A stretch of DNA of 64,000 bases from Octopus sinensis (Eukaryota). Positions 1 to 11,525 of this stretch are shown here, piece after piece. The stretch spans positions 3,534,001 to 3,598,000 of the forward strand of contig NC_043011.1 of NCBI RefSeq assembly GCF_006345805.1. The letters are read 5' to 3'. Made by a program: the position numbers and the translations under genes. A model generated the notes under the pieces. That model saw only the letters and a program-made list of their open reading frames with translations, did no database searches and was not told the DNA's origin. Positions within the stretch are counted from its first letter, which is position 1. Each line of letters starts with the position of its first letter.

Positions 1-570
1 CCTTTTTTTTTACTTTGCACAGTTCTTTATAAGTACATCAATTTTAATATGTAATGCCTCATGCATGTTCATTATTTTTTAAGATTTCCAATGTAAAATA
101 TATTTTCATTTTCTAGTCCATTTTGAGATTCCTGCAAAATGTACCAAAAGAGCCGTAGCTCCTCTCTCAATAACTACACTCTTAATTTTACCATTCAGCT
201 TACATGTAAACAGCAACTTTAATCGTCTGAAATGTTCCTTTTTGAAAAAGCTTCTAACTGTTAATTTCCTATATCTTTTTTAGTTCTGATTTAAGTAAGT
301 TGTTTATAGTTCTCTCTCTACTTACCTGTTTTTATCATTTCTTTGTTTGGTAATTGTATCTTGTTACTTTCCCCTTATATTTCTTCTATTCATTATTAAA
401 CTTCCACGTTTGCTCATCACAAATTCCATCCTACTATCTTCATAAAATCCATGTACTGTTTGTATATTTCAAGAGCCTATTTGCTTTTCATTCCGAGCAA
501 ACAGTTTCAAGTCATCCATAAAAAGAAAATGTGCTACTTTATGTTGCATATATCTACTATTTACCATTCT
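1..570 (-). mobile_element. R4/Dong/NeSL-like (RLE-type) non-LTR retrotransposon RT remnant
   Basis: Minus-strand translation [17 protein letters not shown] matches the RT catalytic block (HLLYMDDLKLYAKNE) of this group; downstream sequence is decayed with stops and frameshifts. Confidence 0.75.
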
Positions 571-657
571 TGAAGAGAAGCAGCATTTAAAGTATATGGA
601 CAAACACAATACTTGCATACACATGCACACACAGATACAGAAAGAAAAAGAGAAATT

Positions 658-960
<303 letters not shown>

Positions 961-1789
961 CATATATATTTATAAAATATACATAACCACAAAACAATAC
1001 ACGCTATGCCTACTCACATGCATATTAGCACAAATACATATACACACATGTGGGAAGGAATAAAAACCACATCAATAAAAGAAAGAAGTGCTGTCATTTG
1101 AACATCGCTAAACCATTTATCAGAGAAAGTTAGGTTCAATACATTTCTGAAAAGTTGCAGTCTTCCCATATTTACAAGCTCTACACCTGATTTCAAATTG
1201 CTCTCTATTTGAAAAGATATTTTACACATGACAGGTTCTAGCTTTCAAAAATTGTCAATGAAATGGTTATCACTATTAAGATGTTTCAACAGAATCTTGT
1301 TATGTTTTCGTATCTATTACGTTTTTCTAGTTTTATGTATGTATTTACAGTCACATGTATAGACATGTGGTTAAGACATTTACATGTAACTACATGGTCC
1401 TGTTTGATTCTACTATACAGACACCTTGGAAAAGTGTCCTCTATTGTTGGTTGAGCATGACCAACACCATGTGAATGTAATTTAGTTCACGCAAACTGTG
1501 TTGTTGTATTTTACACACACATGTGTGCATGGATGCACACACATACATATGCATGCACATCTATGTGTGCGCATACATGCACGCATGTGTGTGTGTTTGT
1601 GTGTATAGTAGAATGTTGAGCTGCATCCCTCTATCTGTAAAGGGAACTTATTGCCTTTAATAAATAGAGAGTGAGTAAAGAATGCTACTGGGGTTCATAT
1701 GACTCATTAAAACTCTTAAAGATTTTCTCCAGCATGGCCATAGTGCCGTGATTGAACTGAGTGAAAAAAGAACATACCGTTAATGTTAT

Positions 1790-2895
1790 TAGTAGATTTG
1801 ATGAATAGTTAGAGTGTCAGACAGTATTTGTCCTACGCCTTTTTGCTCCAATTTCAAATCCAATCAAAGTTTTTTTGCCTTTCATCCCTTTCAAGCGAAT
1901 AAAACAAAGGTTGGTTGTCTCAACTAACCTCTCTTCCCCAAAACCATTGGATTTGTGTCTCAATTAGAAACCATTATTGTTAATATCAATATTATTATTG
2001 AGTGAGAGAGCATGCCGTTAAAGTGCTGCTGGCTGCAAATATACGAAACCCAATATGCGCATCATGATTACCTGTCTGATAAGGGTACACCAGGCTTATA
2101 CATCACAGCCATATTGAGTGTGATGTGGTGTCCTCATATCAAGATAAACTCCTTACGAATCAATGTAATTAACTTACCCTACATTGAATTTGCTGGTCTT
2201 GTGCCAAAACTTGAACCATCATTTCTATTCTTAAGGTGTCAAGCTGGCAGAATTATTAACATATCAAATGAAATACATTGTGCCATTTCTTCCGATTCTT
2301 TGCATTCTGAGTTCAGATTTCATCAAGGTCAACTTTGTCTGTCATCATTTCAGGATCCATAAAATAAGTACCAGTTGAGCACTGGAGTTAATATAATTGA
2401 CTAAGCCTCAGCTCCAAAAGTTCAGGCCTTGTGCCTGTAGTAGAGAGCATAATTATAATTGTTGTTGTTATTAGGATGGCCAATTGACAGAGCATCAGAA
2501 AATATGAACATCAGAAAAAATGGTTGGCAGCATGTAGGTTCTGAGTTCAAATTCTGTTGAAAGACAACTTTGTCTTTCATTCTTGTAGGATCAATAAACT
2601 AAAGTACCAGTGAAGTACTGTGGTCGATGCAATCATCTTTCCCCCTCCCCTCTAAAGAGCTAGTTTTGTGCCAAATTTAGAAAAAAATTATTATAATTAG
2701 CAGTATTTTGCTGAATGCTACGTTCTGAGTTCAAATTCTGCCGGTCACTTCATTCTGAGTTCAAATTCCACTGAGGTCGATTTTGCCTTTCATCCTTTGG
2801 GGACCAATAAAATAAGTACCAGTTGAGTACTGGGGTCAATGTAATTAACTAACCTCCTCCCTAAAATTTCGGGCCTTCTACCAGCAGTAAAAAGG

Positions 2896-2900
<5 letters not shown>
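1790..2900 (+). mobile_element. Tandem cluster of decayed SINE copies (family B, Deu/Nin-domain-like core)
   Basis: Recurrent TTCTGAGTTCAAAT...TTTGCCTTTCATCC...AAAATAAGTACCAG motif at ~1850, 2310, 2540, 2720 and 2750; same family as 52852-53082. Confidence 0.7.
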
Positions 2901-2937
<37 letters not shown>

Positions 2938-2944
2938 ATCATCA

Positions 2945-2979
<35 letters not shown>

Positions 2980-3000
2980 TTAATTTTTATTATTAGTGAA

Positions 3001-3330
3001 GGCGCATGGCTCAGTGGTTAGAGTGTCAAGCTTACAATCGTGAGGTTGTGAGTTCAAATCCCGGACCGGATTTGAACTCACTTGAGCAAGACACTTCATC
3101 TCACGTTGCTCCAGTTCACTCAGCTGTAGAAATGAGTTGCAACGTCACAGGTGCCAAGCTGTATCAGCCCCTTTGCTTTTCCCTTGGATAACACTGGTGA
3201 TGTGGAGAGGGGAAGCCGGTATGCATGGGCGACTGCTGGTCTTCCATAAACAACCTTGCCTGGACTTGTGTCTGGGAGGGTAACTTTCTAGGTGCAATCC
3301 CATGGTCAGTCATAACTGAAGAGAGTCTCA
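3001..3330 (+). mobile_element. tRNA-derived SINE (family C)
   Basis: A box TGGCTCAGTGG, B box AGTTCAAATCC, followed by TTGAGCAAGACACTT...GTTGCTCCAG core. Confidence 0.85.
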
Positions 3331-3344
3331 GCTCAACTCAGCTA

Positions 3345-3375
<31 letters not shown>

Positions 3376-3441
3376 TATTATTATTATTATTATTAATCAA
3401 TATTATTGTTATTGTGTTGTACTTTGTTTCTTGCAATTTTA

Positions 3442-3760
3442 GAGACTCCGCCGGTTACGACGACGAGGGTCCCAGCTGATACGATCAATGGAACAGCTTG
3501 CTCGTGAAATTAATGTGCAAATGGCTGAGCATTCCACAGACACGTGTACCCTTAACGTAGTTCTCGGGGATAATCAGCGTGACACAGAGAGTGACAAGGC
3601 TGACCCTTTGAAATACAAGTACAACTCATTTTTGCCAGCTGAGTGGACTGGAGCAACGTGAAATAAAGTGTCTTGCTCAAGGACACAACGCGTCGCCGGG
3701 AATCGAACTCACAACCTTACGATCATGAGCCGAATGCCCTAACCACTAAGCCACGCGCCC
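3442..3760 (-). mobile_element. tRNA-derived SINE (family C head/core, different tail) with 11-bp TSD
   Basis: Minus strand GGCGCGTGGCTTAGTGG...AGTTCGATTCC; flanked by direct repeat TTCTTGCAATT at 3428-3438 and 3765-3775. Confidence 0.85.
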
Positions 3761-4119
3761 TCACTTCTTGCAATTATCATCATCATCATTGTCTTTAATC
3801 AATGTCTAGGAATAGGGAGGATAGTCATTCAATCTTCATAAATTAATAAAATGGGGTTTTTTTTAAATAAAAAGGAAGGATACTTTGTAGATCTACATAA
3901 ATGAAGATTACATCTAAAAACAATGTTGGGATATTCTCAGAATGGCATTTGATGAAAGGTATTCCAACTGATTTGACCTTTAGATAAAAAAAAAGAATGT
4001 TTCTCTATTCTATGTTGACATATGTTGAACAGCTTAGAAGCATAATACATCACTTCTCACATTTATTCTTTATTATCTCTGTACTTTTCCCATGTTTTAT
4101 TTAACCTTCCTTCACTGTG

Positions 4120-4556
4120 GACATATTACCACTGGCAAAAAAACATTTGGTTGAAATTGATCACCATCAATGGAATTTGTAGTTTGTGGTACCAGTGCCA
4201 GTGGCACATAAGAGAACCATCCGAACATGGCCGTAGCCAGCACCACATCGACTGGCCTCCGTGCTGGTGGCACGTAAAAAACACCATCCGAGCATGGCCG
4301 TGCCAGCCTTGCCTGGCCTCCGTGCCAGTGGCACGTAAAAAACACCATCTGAGTGTGGCCATTCGCCAGCCTCGTCTGGCACCTGTGTCGGTGGCACATA
4401 AAAAGCACCCACTACACTCACGGAGTGGTTGGCGTTAGGAAGGGCATCCAGCTGTAAAAACACCGCCAGATCTGACTGGCCTGGTGCAGCCTTCGGGCTT
4501 CCCAGACCCCAGTTGAACCGTGCAACCCATGCCAGCATGGAAAACGGACGTTAAAC
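4120..4556 (+). mobile_element. RTE LINE 3'UTR-derived element
   Basis: Same sequence as the 3'UTR downstream of the RTE ORF at 22347-22938; ends GGAAAACGGACGTTAAAC. Confidence 0.85.
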
Positions 4557-4959
4557 AGAATACGTCAGCTACTCACATCACATATTCATAACAGTGTAGC
4601 AATCTTCCAAGCACAGAGACCAGCTGATACTTGTATAAGACATTGTGAGTGTGAATGGTGATGAGTTTACATAACTCAGAGGTGGTCAATCTGTCATTCA
4701 GACAGCAACATGAATCACAGTATCGATTTACCATTATTCTTACTGACTCATATAAGCACACACAAACGACCACATCAAAGACACACTTCATAAACATCAA
4801 TTCACACATGCATACATATATGCATGTGTGTATGTAAGTGTATGTGTGCATGTGTGTGTGTGTGTGTTCTTTATACCTTTGTAATTTAGAATTAATTTTT
4901 ACCAACCACTACAGAGTAGTAAGGTTGTGAAGGAAAGCACCTTGCTTTAATCATCATCA

Positions 4960-7070
4960 TTTGAATCTTAAGGTCTTGCAATGATAAGAGGTATGAAAGT
5001 GTATCTTGAGTGCTAGATGTGCAAACTCGTTATTGGTCCACAACCATTCTCTTTTTCCGGAATTCTTCTGACTACATTGGTACCCAGAGGGCAGCTGATT
5101 TCCACAACAGACTTGCTTTTTATTGTAATTTCACGCAACAATACCCAGAAGACATTCTCAAACAATAACATGATTGATGTTTGCAGTTTTGGTTTTGCAT
5201 AGCCTACATTTTTTTGTCAGTCAAAGTGCTCTGTCTTTTATGCTGCAAGTTCTTAGTCAGGTTCTCTTGTTCTTGAATTACATGGAGCTAACCTTCAATG
5301 TAAGACATCATAATCTTGCCGGTACTTCATGCCAATCTTTTGATATTATTAATTCACTATGGTTTGTGTCTTTAATGCCATGTACCTATGCATTACATAC
5401 TCAAGTGAACTGGTCCATTTTTATAATTTTGCTGTTGTCCTAGAAAGAATTTTCCATTTCTCTTATGAGAGAGAGATCTGTATCAGCTCTTATTTAATAT
5501 CTCTCTTCAAGTTGATTAGCTATCCTAATTATTGATTCCATGCTCACAAACTTGGGCAAGGTAGTGAAACGATTTTAGTGAATATATCTTCTCTTGTACT
5601 TTCGGGGTACAAGAAAGCAATCACTTTCCGTTGCTTTAATAATCCAGAATTCTACCCGTCAGAAACAAACAGGACGCAGACGTAAAAGATATATATCCCA
5701 CTTTATTCTCTAATGTGGTAACAGTAACAATAAGTGGTTATCTGGTATCCCTTTGGTATAAATGTGTCGTGCTGAACCTTATCTCTGTAAAATAAGAAAG
5801 TGTTCAAATGCAAAACGACACTGGTCAAAGATGGCGGCGAACAATGGAGACGATGTTGGTCTGCAACAATTTGGTTAAAGGCCTTTTGGTAAGGTGCTGC
5901 TAGAATCAAGTTCGGACGGAGAGAAAATATACGTGACCGTCGCCTTCAGTCGCTGCTGTCTCAAGTCGCTGCTTGCTGGACGCTGGTGGTCAACGTCTTA
6001 CCATCCCCTTGCCTCGGTTAACTGCTACGTAGGCAAAAGGGTTCTTCTTCCGGTGGTGAAAGCACCAACCCCGCACGCGCGAAATACAAATGGACGGTGC
6101 GCGAGTGCGTGCCGTTGTATAGGATCACTACAGTAGGTACTGGTCTCTCTTCTTGGCTGCAGGTGTTTCAGTGTCAAAATACGTACTTCATATGACATCA
6201 ATACAGATTCGAGACCAGAGCCACCATCCTTGCAAGAAAAAATAGCCTGTTTAATCTCTGTTGATGTGGAAGTTTCCTATAAAACTGACCAGCTTGTGAG
6301 TTTAAATGTCTATCTCAATGAGTTATTGTTCTGACCAGTTCAGTAGACCAAACCTAGTCATGAGGACAGGCACTGCGAAGGTGTTGTGGGCAATATATTT
6401 GTTGTATGCTGAGATTTCAAATGACCAAAATTTTTTCACCCTCTTCAGTTATTCATTCCTTGTCCTCACTTGTCCAAGATATTTGTAACTTTCCTTGGAG
6501 AGGAGGGGTTGTATTTCTAGGTCGTTTATATTTAGTATCTTGGATAAGAGTACAAATCTGCCACATTTTACCACCAAACATGCACATTTGGACTCACCAG
6601 ATTTCAGACCAATGTCTTTGGAGAATTGGGTTATGTGATCCAGTTGCCTTTTGCTGTGACTAATATTTAGCCAATGCAACTTCAGTTCATTAACAAAGAA
6701 AAGGTGGGAGATGTTATTGGACACATTCCTAGCTGCTGTGTTTTGTGATTAGGTATGACAGTGGAGTTCAGTGAATGTACAAAGAGTAATACTGATAAGC
6801 TATCACTCTGAAGGATGCCTTCTTGGTGGAGTGTATATCAGATTTGTGGTGTTCCATGTCACTTTTAAGAAGTAAGAGGGTGGACCAACTTTTAGTTAGG
6901 TGGCGGATGGCATCTAGTGGTGGATGGCATCTACTAGTGGTGGTGATATTTTGGCTAATTGTAGTACTTTGATAATCCACCCACGTAGTATACTACCAAA
7001 GACTTTTTAATAGTTCAGACATAGTCAAGGTTTTGTGATTCGTTATTGTTCTTTCTCGTAGCATTTTGTT
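4960..7070 (-). mobile_element. R4/Dong-like LINE remnant (RT to CCHC region), split by a solo LTR
   Basis: Colinear decayed motifs on minus: GWIIKVLQLAKI, SLSVLLFV, ISHLFFVNELKL, FSKDIG..KCA, YKYLG, NTFAVPVL, then after the insert AQVCEH, IQEQE and KKCRLCKTKTANINHVI. Confidence 0.8.
5565..6132 (-). mobile_element. Solo LTR (568 bp)
   Basis: TG...CA termini, GTAG direct repeat at 5561-5564 and 6133-6136, AATAAA on minus at ~5703-5708, CpG-rich, interrupts the LINE reading frame. Confidence 0.7.
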
Positions 7071-7139
7071 AATTAGTCAGTGCTTAATACACTCCCTTAC
7101 CTTTTTTTTTCCTTCAGATTGTTGCAGGGTTACAATATT

Positions 7140-7525
7140 AAAATAATAATAAAAAACATTGTGTACAGTGCTCAGGTGCACTACAACTCATCTAAAGTGT
7201 ATGTATAATCAGGTGTAGTTTCGGCGGATTTTCGAAAGCATGAGGGCCTTAAAGGATGCAGTGTCATGGCAGTCAACAACTGACGCAGGCAGTTTATTCC
7301 ATGCTTCAGCAACTCTGAGCATGAAAAAATCTTTCCGAAAGTCATGGGAGCTGTGTTGATTTCTGACTTTGTAGGCATGTCCACGTGTGTTAGACACATG
7401 AAGATCAAAAAGGTGTTCAGTGTTGTTGTTGGTGAGGTGGTTGATAACTTTGTGGGTGTTTACCAAGTCCATCGCCAGACGCCAGAGCTTCAGTGAATCC
7501 ATGCCCAGGGAAACAAGGCGCTCAG
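7140..7525 (-). mobile_element. CR1-clade LINE 3' end
   Basis: ORF 7209-7502: NTRGHAYKV...RKDFFMLRVAEAWNKLP, the typical CR1 C-terminus, followed by a 3'UTR and a (TTA)-type tail. Confidence 0.85.
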
Positions 7526-7559
7526 AGTTATTTGTTATTGTTATTGTTTGTGGTACAAC

Positions 7560-8020
7560 GGCCTAGTAGAAACAAGTTGAGGCAGTCAGTGTATAGCTTA
7601 TACCTGACGTTTTGATAGGGTGATACTATAGGGTGAGAAGGATGATGGCTGTTCATAGCCACGTGGGTATGTTTAATATGCCCTTAATACTCTTCCACAT
7701 CAGTCTTATTGATTCTCACTAATAGATGTTGGGACATTTTAACTAATATCCTGTAATAAGATCCCTGTTTGGGGACATCCTCTTTAGTATTCTTCTCAAG
7801 ACTGTTTTAAGTATTGCACCATCGATTTTCTAGAGTTTTCGTTTAACATCTTTGCAGTAACCCTTTTATAATCCATTTATCCATTCATCCTTTACATTGA
7901 ATCCATCATCCCTTTCTTAAATTAATCTCCAGAAACTTTCTACTTGTTCTTCTGTTGAGATGTTTTTTCCTGATATTGTGTTACTTTTGTTAAAACTACA
8001 GCAGACTCATTTGAGATTTC
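7560..8020 (-). mobile_element. R4/Dong-like LINE C-terminal remnant
   Basis: Decayed K..M(HG)QYLKQ and A.EQ.I-like motifs on minus. Confidence 0.45.
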
Positions 8021-8204
8021 AAGCAAATAATCTATATATATATATATATATCTATATATATACATATACATATGTATGTTGCTATATGTATATGTTGATA
8101 TTTGTGTATGTTTATATATATATATATATATATATGTATGTTGCTATATGTATATGTATGTTGATATTTGTGTATGTATATATATATATATATAGCATTG
8201 CTAG

Positions 8205-8500
8205 AGAGGCGTCCATGCCAGTGGTTTGTAAAAAGCACCATTCGTGTGTGATCGTTACCAGCATCGCCTTACTGGCACTTGTGCAGGTGGAACATAAAAA
8301 AAAGCACCAGTTTGGTGTGGCCGTTGCCAATACCACCTGACTGGCCCTCATGCCGGTGGCACGTAAAAGCACCCACTACACTCTCGGAGTGGTTGGCGTT
8401 AGGAAGGGCATCCAGCTGTAGAAACTCTGCCAGATCAAGATTGGAGCCTGGTGCAGCCATCTGGTTTGCCAGTTCTCAGTCAAATCGTCCAACCCATGCT
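8205..8500 (+). mobile_element. RTE 3'UTR-derived element
   Basis: GTGGCACGTAAAAGCACCCACTACACTC...GGAAGGGCATCCAGCTGTAGAAAC...CCAACCCATGCTAG. Confidence 0.85.
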
Positions 8501-8519
8501 AGAGAAGATTTTTAGAAAA

Positions 8520-9580
8520 AGTATAATAATTCAAAATATATTAGACTAAAAATTATATATTTACTTATTTAGCTAATATTAATAAAAGACTGATGTCTTG
8601 TATCAGCTAAAGGAATATCTAAGTTATGGAACAATCATATTTTACACTAATCTTTTTTTTTTAAATTAAGGGTTATATTATAGGTTTAAGAAGTTATTAT
8701 TGTTACTCCCTCCATGATATTTATAGTTTCTTAGTGGTACTTGTTTAGAAGGGTTATTTCTATAAAGGCCCTTATAAATACTAAGTTCAGGAGGGTAGAG
8801 CCATTTAAGAAAGGGATAAATCAAGTAATTTCTAAAGATCATTTCAAACAATATTGTTTTATTGTATAAAGTTAAAATTTAGGGTAATCAAGAAGATTAT
8901 TAAGAATGAAATTTTAACAAAAGGATAAAACTTCTTTGAATATTTTGAGTATTTACCAAATTTTTACCACAAAAGTGGGAGGAAAAGAAAATTGCAAAGA
9001 AATAGTTTAATATTTATTTACTTATTATTTATCTAAATATTAACTTATTATATGGTTACCATGGAGATTGATCAAATTGGATTTAACTGGAATTTAATAA
9101 GGGAGCAACTGAGGTTAAAGAACATGTTAACTATATATTGATTTAATTAAATTGAACTATTTTAAGTTGTCAAAATACCGGTATTACCTTATATAAGCTG
9201 AGTACAAATTAATAGGGGTACAAAGATTAGATTTATTTAAGTTTAATATAAAATAATAATAATAATAATAAAATGATCAGTTAGGGTAGAGCGTCTTAGA
9301 AAAGGAATAAAAACAGCCTAATCACTAAAAACCATAATAAAATATCCATACCTTATTAACTTCAATAGCAAGTATTTATAGAAGATGTATAATAATTTAA
9401 GTATTATGAGCTAAAAATTGTTAATTAGCATATTTAGCTTATTGTAATCAGGACTGAAACCTGGTATTGGTTAATAGAATAATTGTTGTTAAAAGGACAT
9501 GTTAATCATATACTAATATTAAATTAAGGGGTATAATATAGATTTTAAAAGCTATTTGTGTTAATCCATAAATGATACTA
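8520..9580 (-). pseudogene. Probable old nuclear mitochondrial insertion (NUMT), best manual fit atp8-atp6
   Basis: T-rich, C>G minus strand; colinear degenerate matches to ATP8 (S)PLN(W) ~9520-9531, ATP6 PYVFSTS ~9193-9221, LPSGAPLL ~9089-9118 and FLITL ~8880-8894; many stops and indels. Confidence 0.5.
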
Positions 9581-9719
9581 CACTTCCAGAACTCCCTCCC
9601 CCACTGCTAGCTTGGCCCCCTAGATCACAGAAGCTATCTACTACTCATGATTCACCCGTGCATTTGAGGGAGCCTATTGTCTGCATAGTTTTAATGCTTA
9701 TTGTACCTGTACATTTTCT

Positions 9720-10420
9720 AACATACAAAGACTATATTCTCCATTAAACTTCCTTGGGACACCTCTTATGTGTCCAAAGCTTTCATTGGGTACTATGTAT
9801 GGATCTGCTACCAAAATCTTCTTACATATCGAGCAGAGCCATCTCCCAGAAGGGACTTGTGGTTTGTCTGCTTCTTTACTTTCTAGGACTTTGGTTTTTT
9901 GCTAAATTAACCCTAAGGCCCTTATTTTCTAGACCTTATTTCTACACCTGAAATTTCTTCTCTAGATCAGCTAGTGGTTCCGCTATAAAAACAAGGTCAT
10001 CAGTATAAAGGAGCTCCCAGGGATAGCTGGTCTTGAATTCCTCTGTTAAGGCCTGGAGGACTGAGATAAACAGGAAGGGGCTGAGAACTGATCCTTGGTG
10101 GACTCCTACCAAATTCATTGCTATGTTCATTGCCAACCTTCACTTCCCTGGTAGCATCCCTGTACATGGCTTGTACTACTCTCACAAGCCACTCATTTAT
10201 CCCTAGCCTCCACATTGGCCACCAGATGAGGGAGTGGGGAACACTGTCTAAGTCTTTCTTCATATCAGCAAAAGCCAGGTACAGATGTTTATTTTTGGCT
10301 AAATATTTCTCCTACAGTTACCTAACCAGGAATATAACATCTGTCATGCTCTTGCCTAGCACAAATTTAAATTGCACTTCATCTACACTAACTCTCTTCC
10401 TAATTAATTAAGTTATGACC
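9720..10420 (-). mobile_element. RTE LINE RT remnant
   Basis: LDSVPHSLIWW..RLGINEWLVRVVQAMY and VGVHQGSVLSPFLF...WELLYTDDLV. Confidence 0.9.
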
Positions 10421-10519
10421 CTTTCTGGAATTATTTCTGGCTAAGTCATCATCTTTGCTTTTGTAGCAGTTGACTATAAATGCTGCAACACCAATAATTG
10501 GGTATGACTCACTCGTGGA

Positions 10520-11525
10520 CAACCTGATAGTTATGAAACTATCAATAAAATAAAATCACATTGCAAATAGGATTTCTTATCCAGAAAATTTTATTCTGAT
10601 CATAACGAACAGTATGTAAAACTTCTATTGAATTCAGAAGATAGATCTCCAAAGATTTGTAAGATTTATAGAAAATGAATGGAAGGAAAATACCACTAAA
10701 GAAATAAAGAGACAAAACTAGCATATATTATTGAGCTTAGATATTTTGAAGGCTTAAGGAGGTATTGCTTCAACTTCAAGGGAAATTCATAACATTGATT
10801 GATGATAAAACAGTATTAAAAGCATTCACTGAAATATAGGAAATATTTCAAGCAAATTTACTAGAAAAAATTATTTCATAATATGCCTCAGCTAGCAGAA
10901 ATTTGTTCTTCATTTAACAAAATGGATCTTGAAACATATTGTGGATATTTATTATCATAAAAAATTTAAGATAAAAAAATAGATCCTTTGATTTATTTTC
11001 CTTTGAAGTAAAATCCCAAATGATAGATCCATTTAATTGTGATGCTGTACAGCTGACGAATAAATTCAAGAAGAATTAATTGAATTACAATGCAAGGCTA
11101 ACTCAAAATACTTGTATGATAAAATGGGAATGACTGAATTCTTTTCATTAAAAGTCTATGCTACACTTTATCCAAAATAGTCAAAATAATTGTCATTTCC
11201 ATACACATGTGGTTGGAATTAGATTGAGTTCAGTAAATGAATAACTAAAGAAAGGAACAAATATATTAGACGTATGCAAAAGGAGTGATGTAAGAATAAA
11301 GCTCAGTGACACTGAATTTGAACAATGAACTGAGTATTGCATATTTTGTAGAAAAATACCAACTTCAAAGATTTCATTAATATAATAGTAAATTGAAAAT
11401 TTCATTTATTTTAGTGTGAGTGCACACATGCATGTGCATGTGTGCGTGAGTAGGGGTGGTTTGAAAATAGAGTGGGCAAAACCATTTGCAAGGGGTTGAT
11501 GTTTATAAAGGTTTGAGAACCACTG
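10520..11525 (+). mobile_element. hAT Charlie/Buster-type transposon remnant with 3' TIR
   Basis: Decayed DH...LLL.SE.R, LQLQGK, DPF...IQEELIELQ, FPYTC and RIKLS motifs; ends TTTGAGAACCACTG (reverse complement of CAGTGGTTCTCAAA). Confidence 0.75.

Noticed and set aside
3001-3075. tRNA-like sequences at SINE heads
   Set aside because: A/B boxes run directly into SINE core and tail; no intact cloverleaf was established, so they are not called tRNA genes
5826-5900. ATGGCGGCG as the first exon of a housekeeping gene
   Set aside because: The frame stops after 15 codons, and the segment sits inside TG..CA/TSD boundaries within a LINE, which fits a solo LTR better
8520-9580. Alternative assignment of the NUMT to nad5 or nad2
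   Set aside because: nad2 motif spacing did not fit, and nad5 conflicts with the C>G coding-strand skew expected in octopod mtDNA; atp6 was preferred but is unproven
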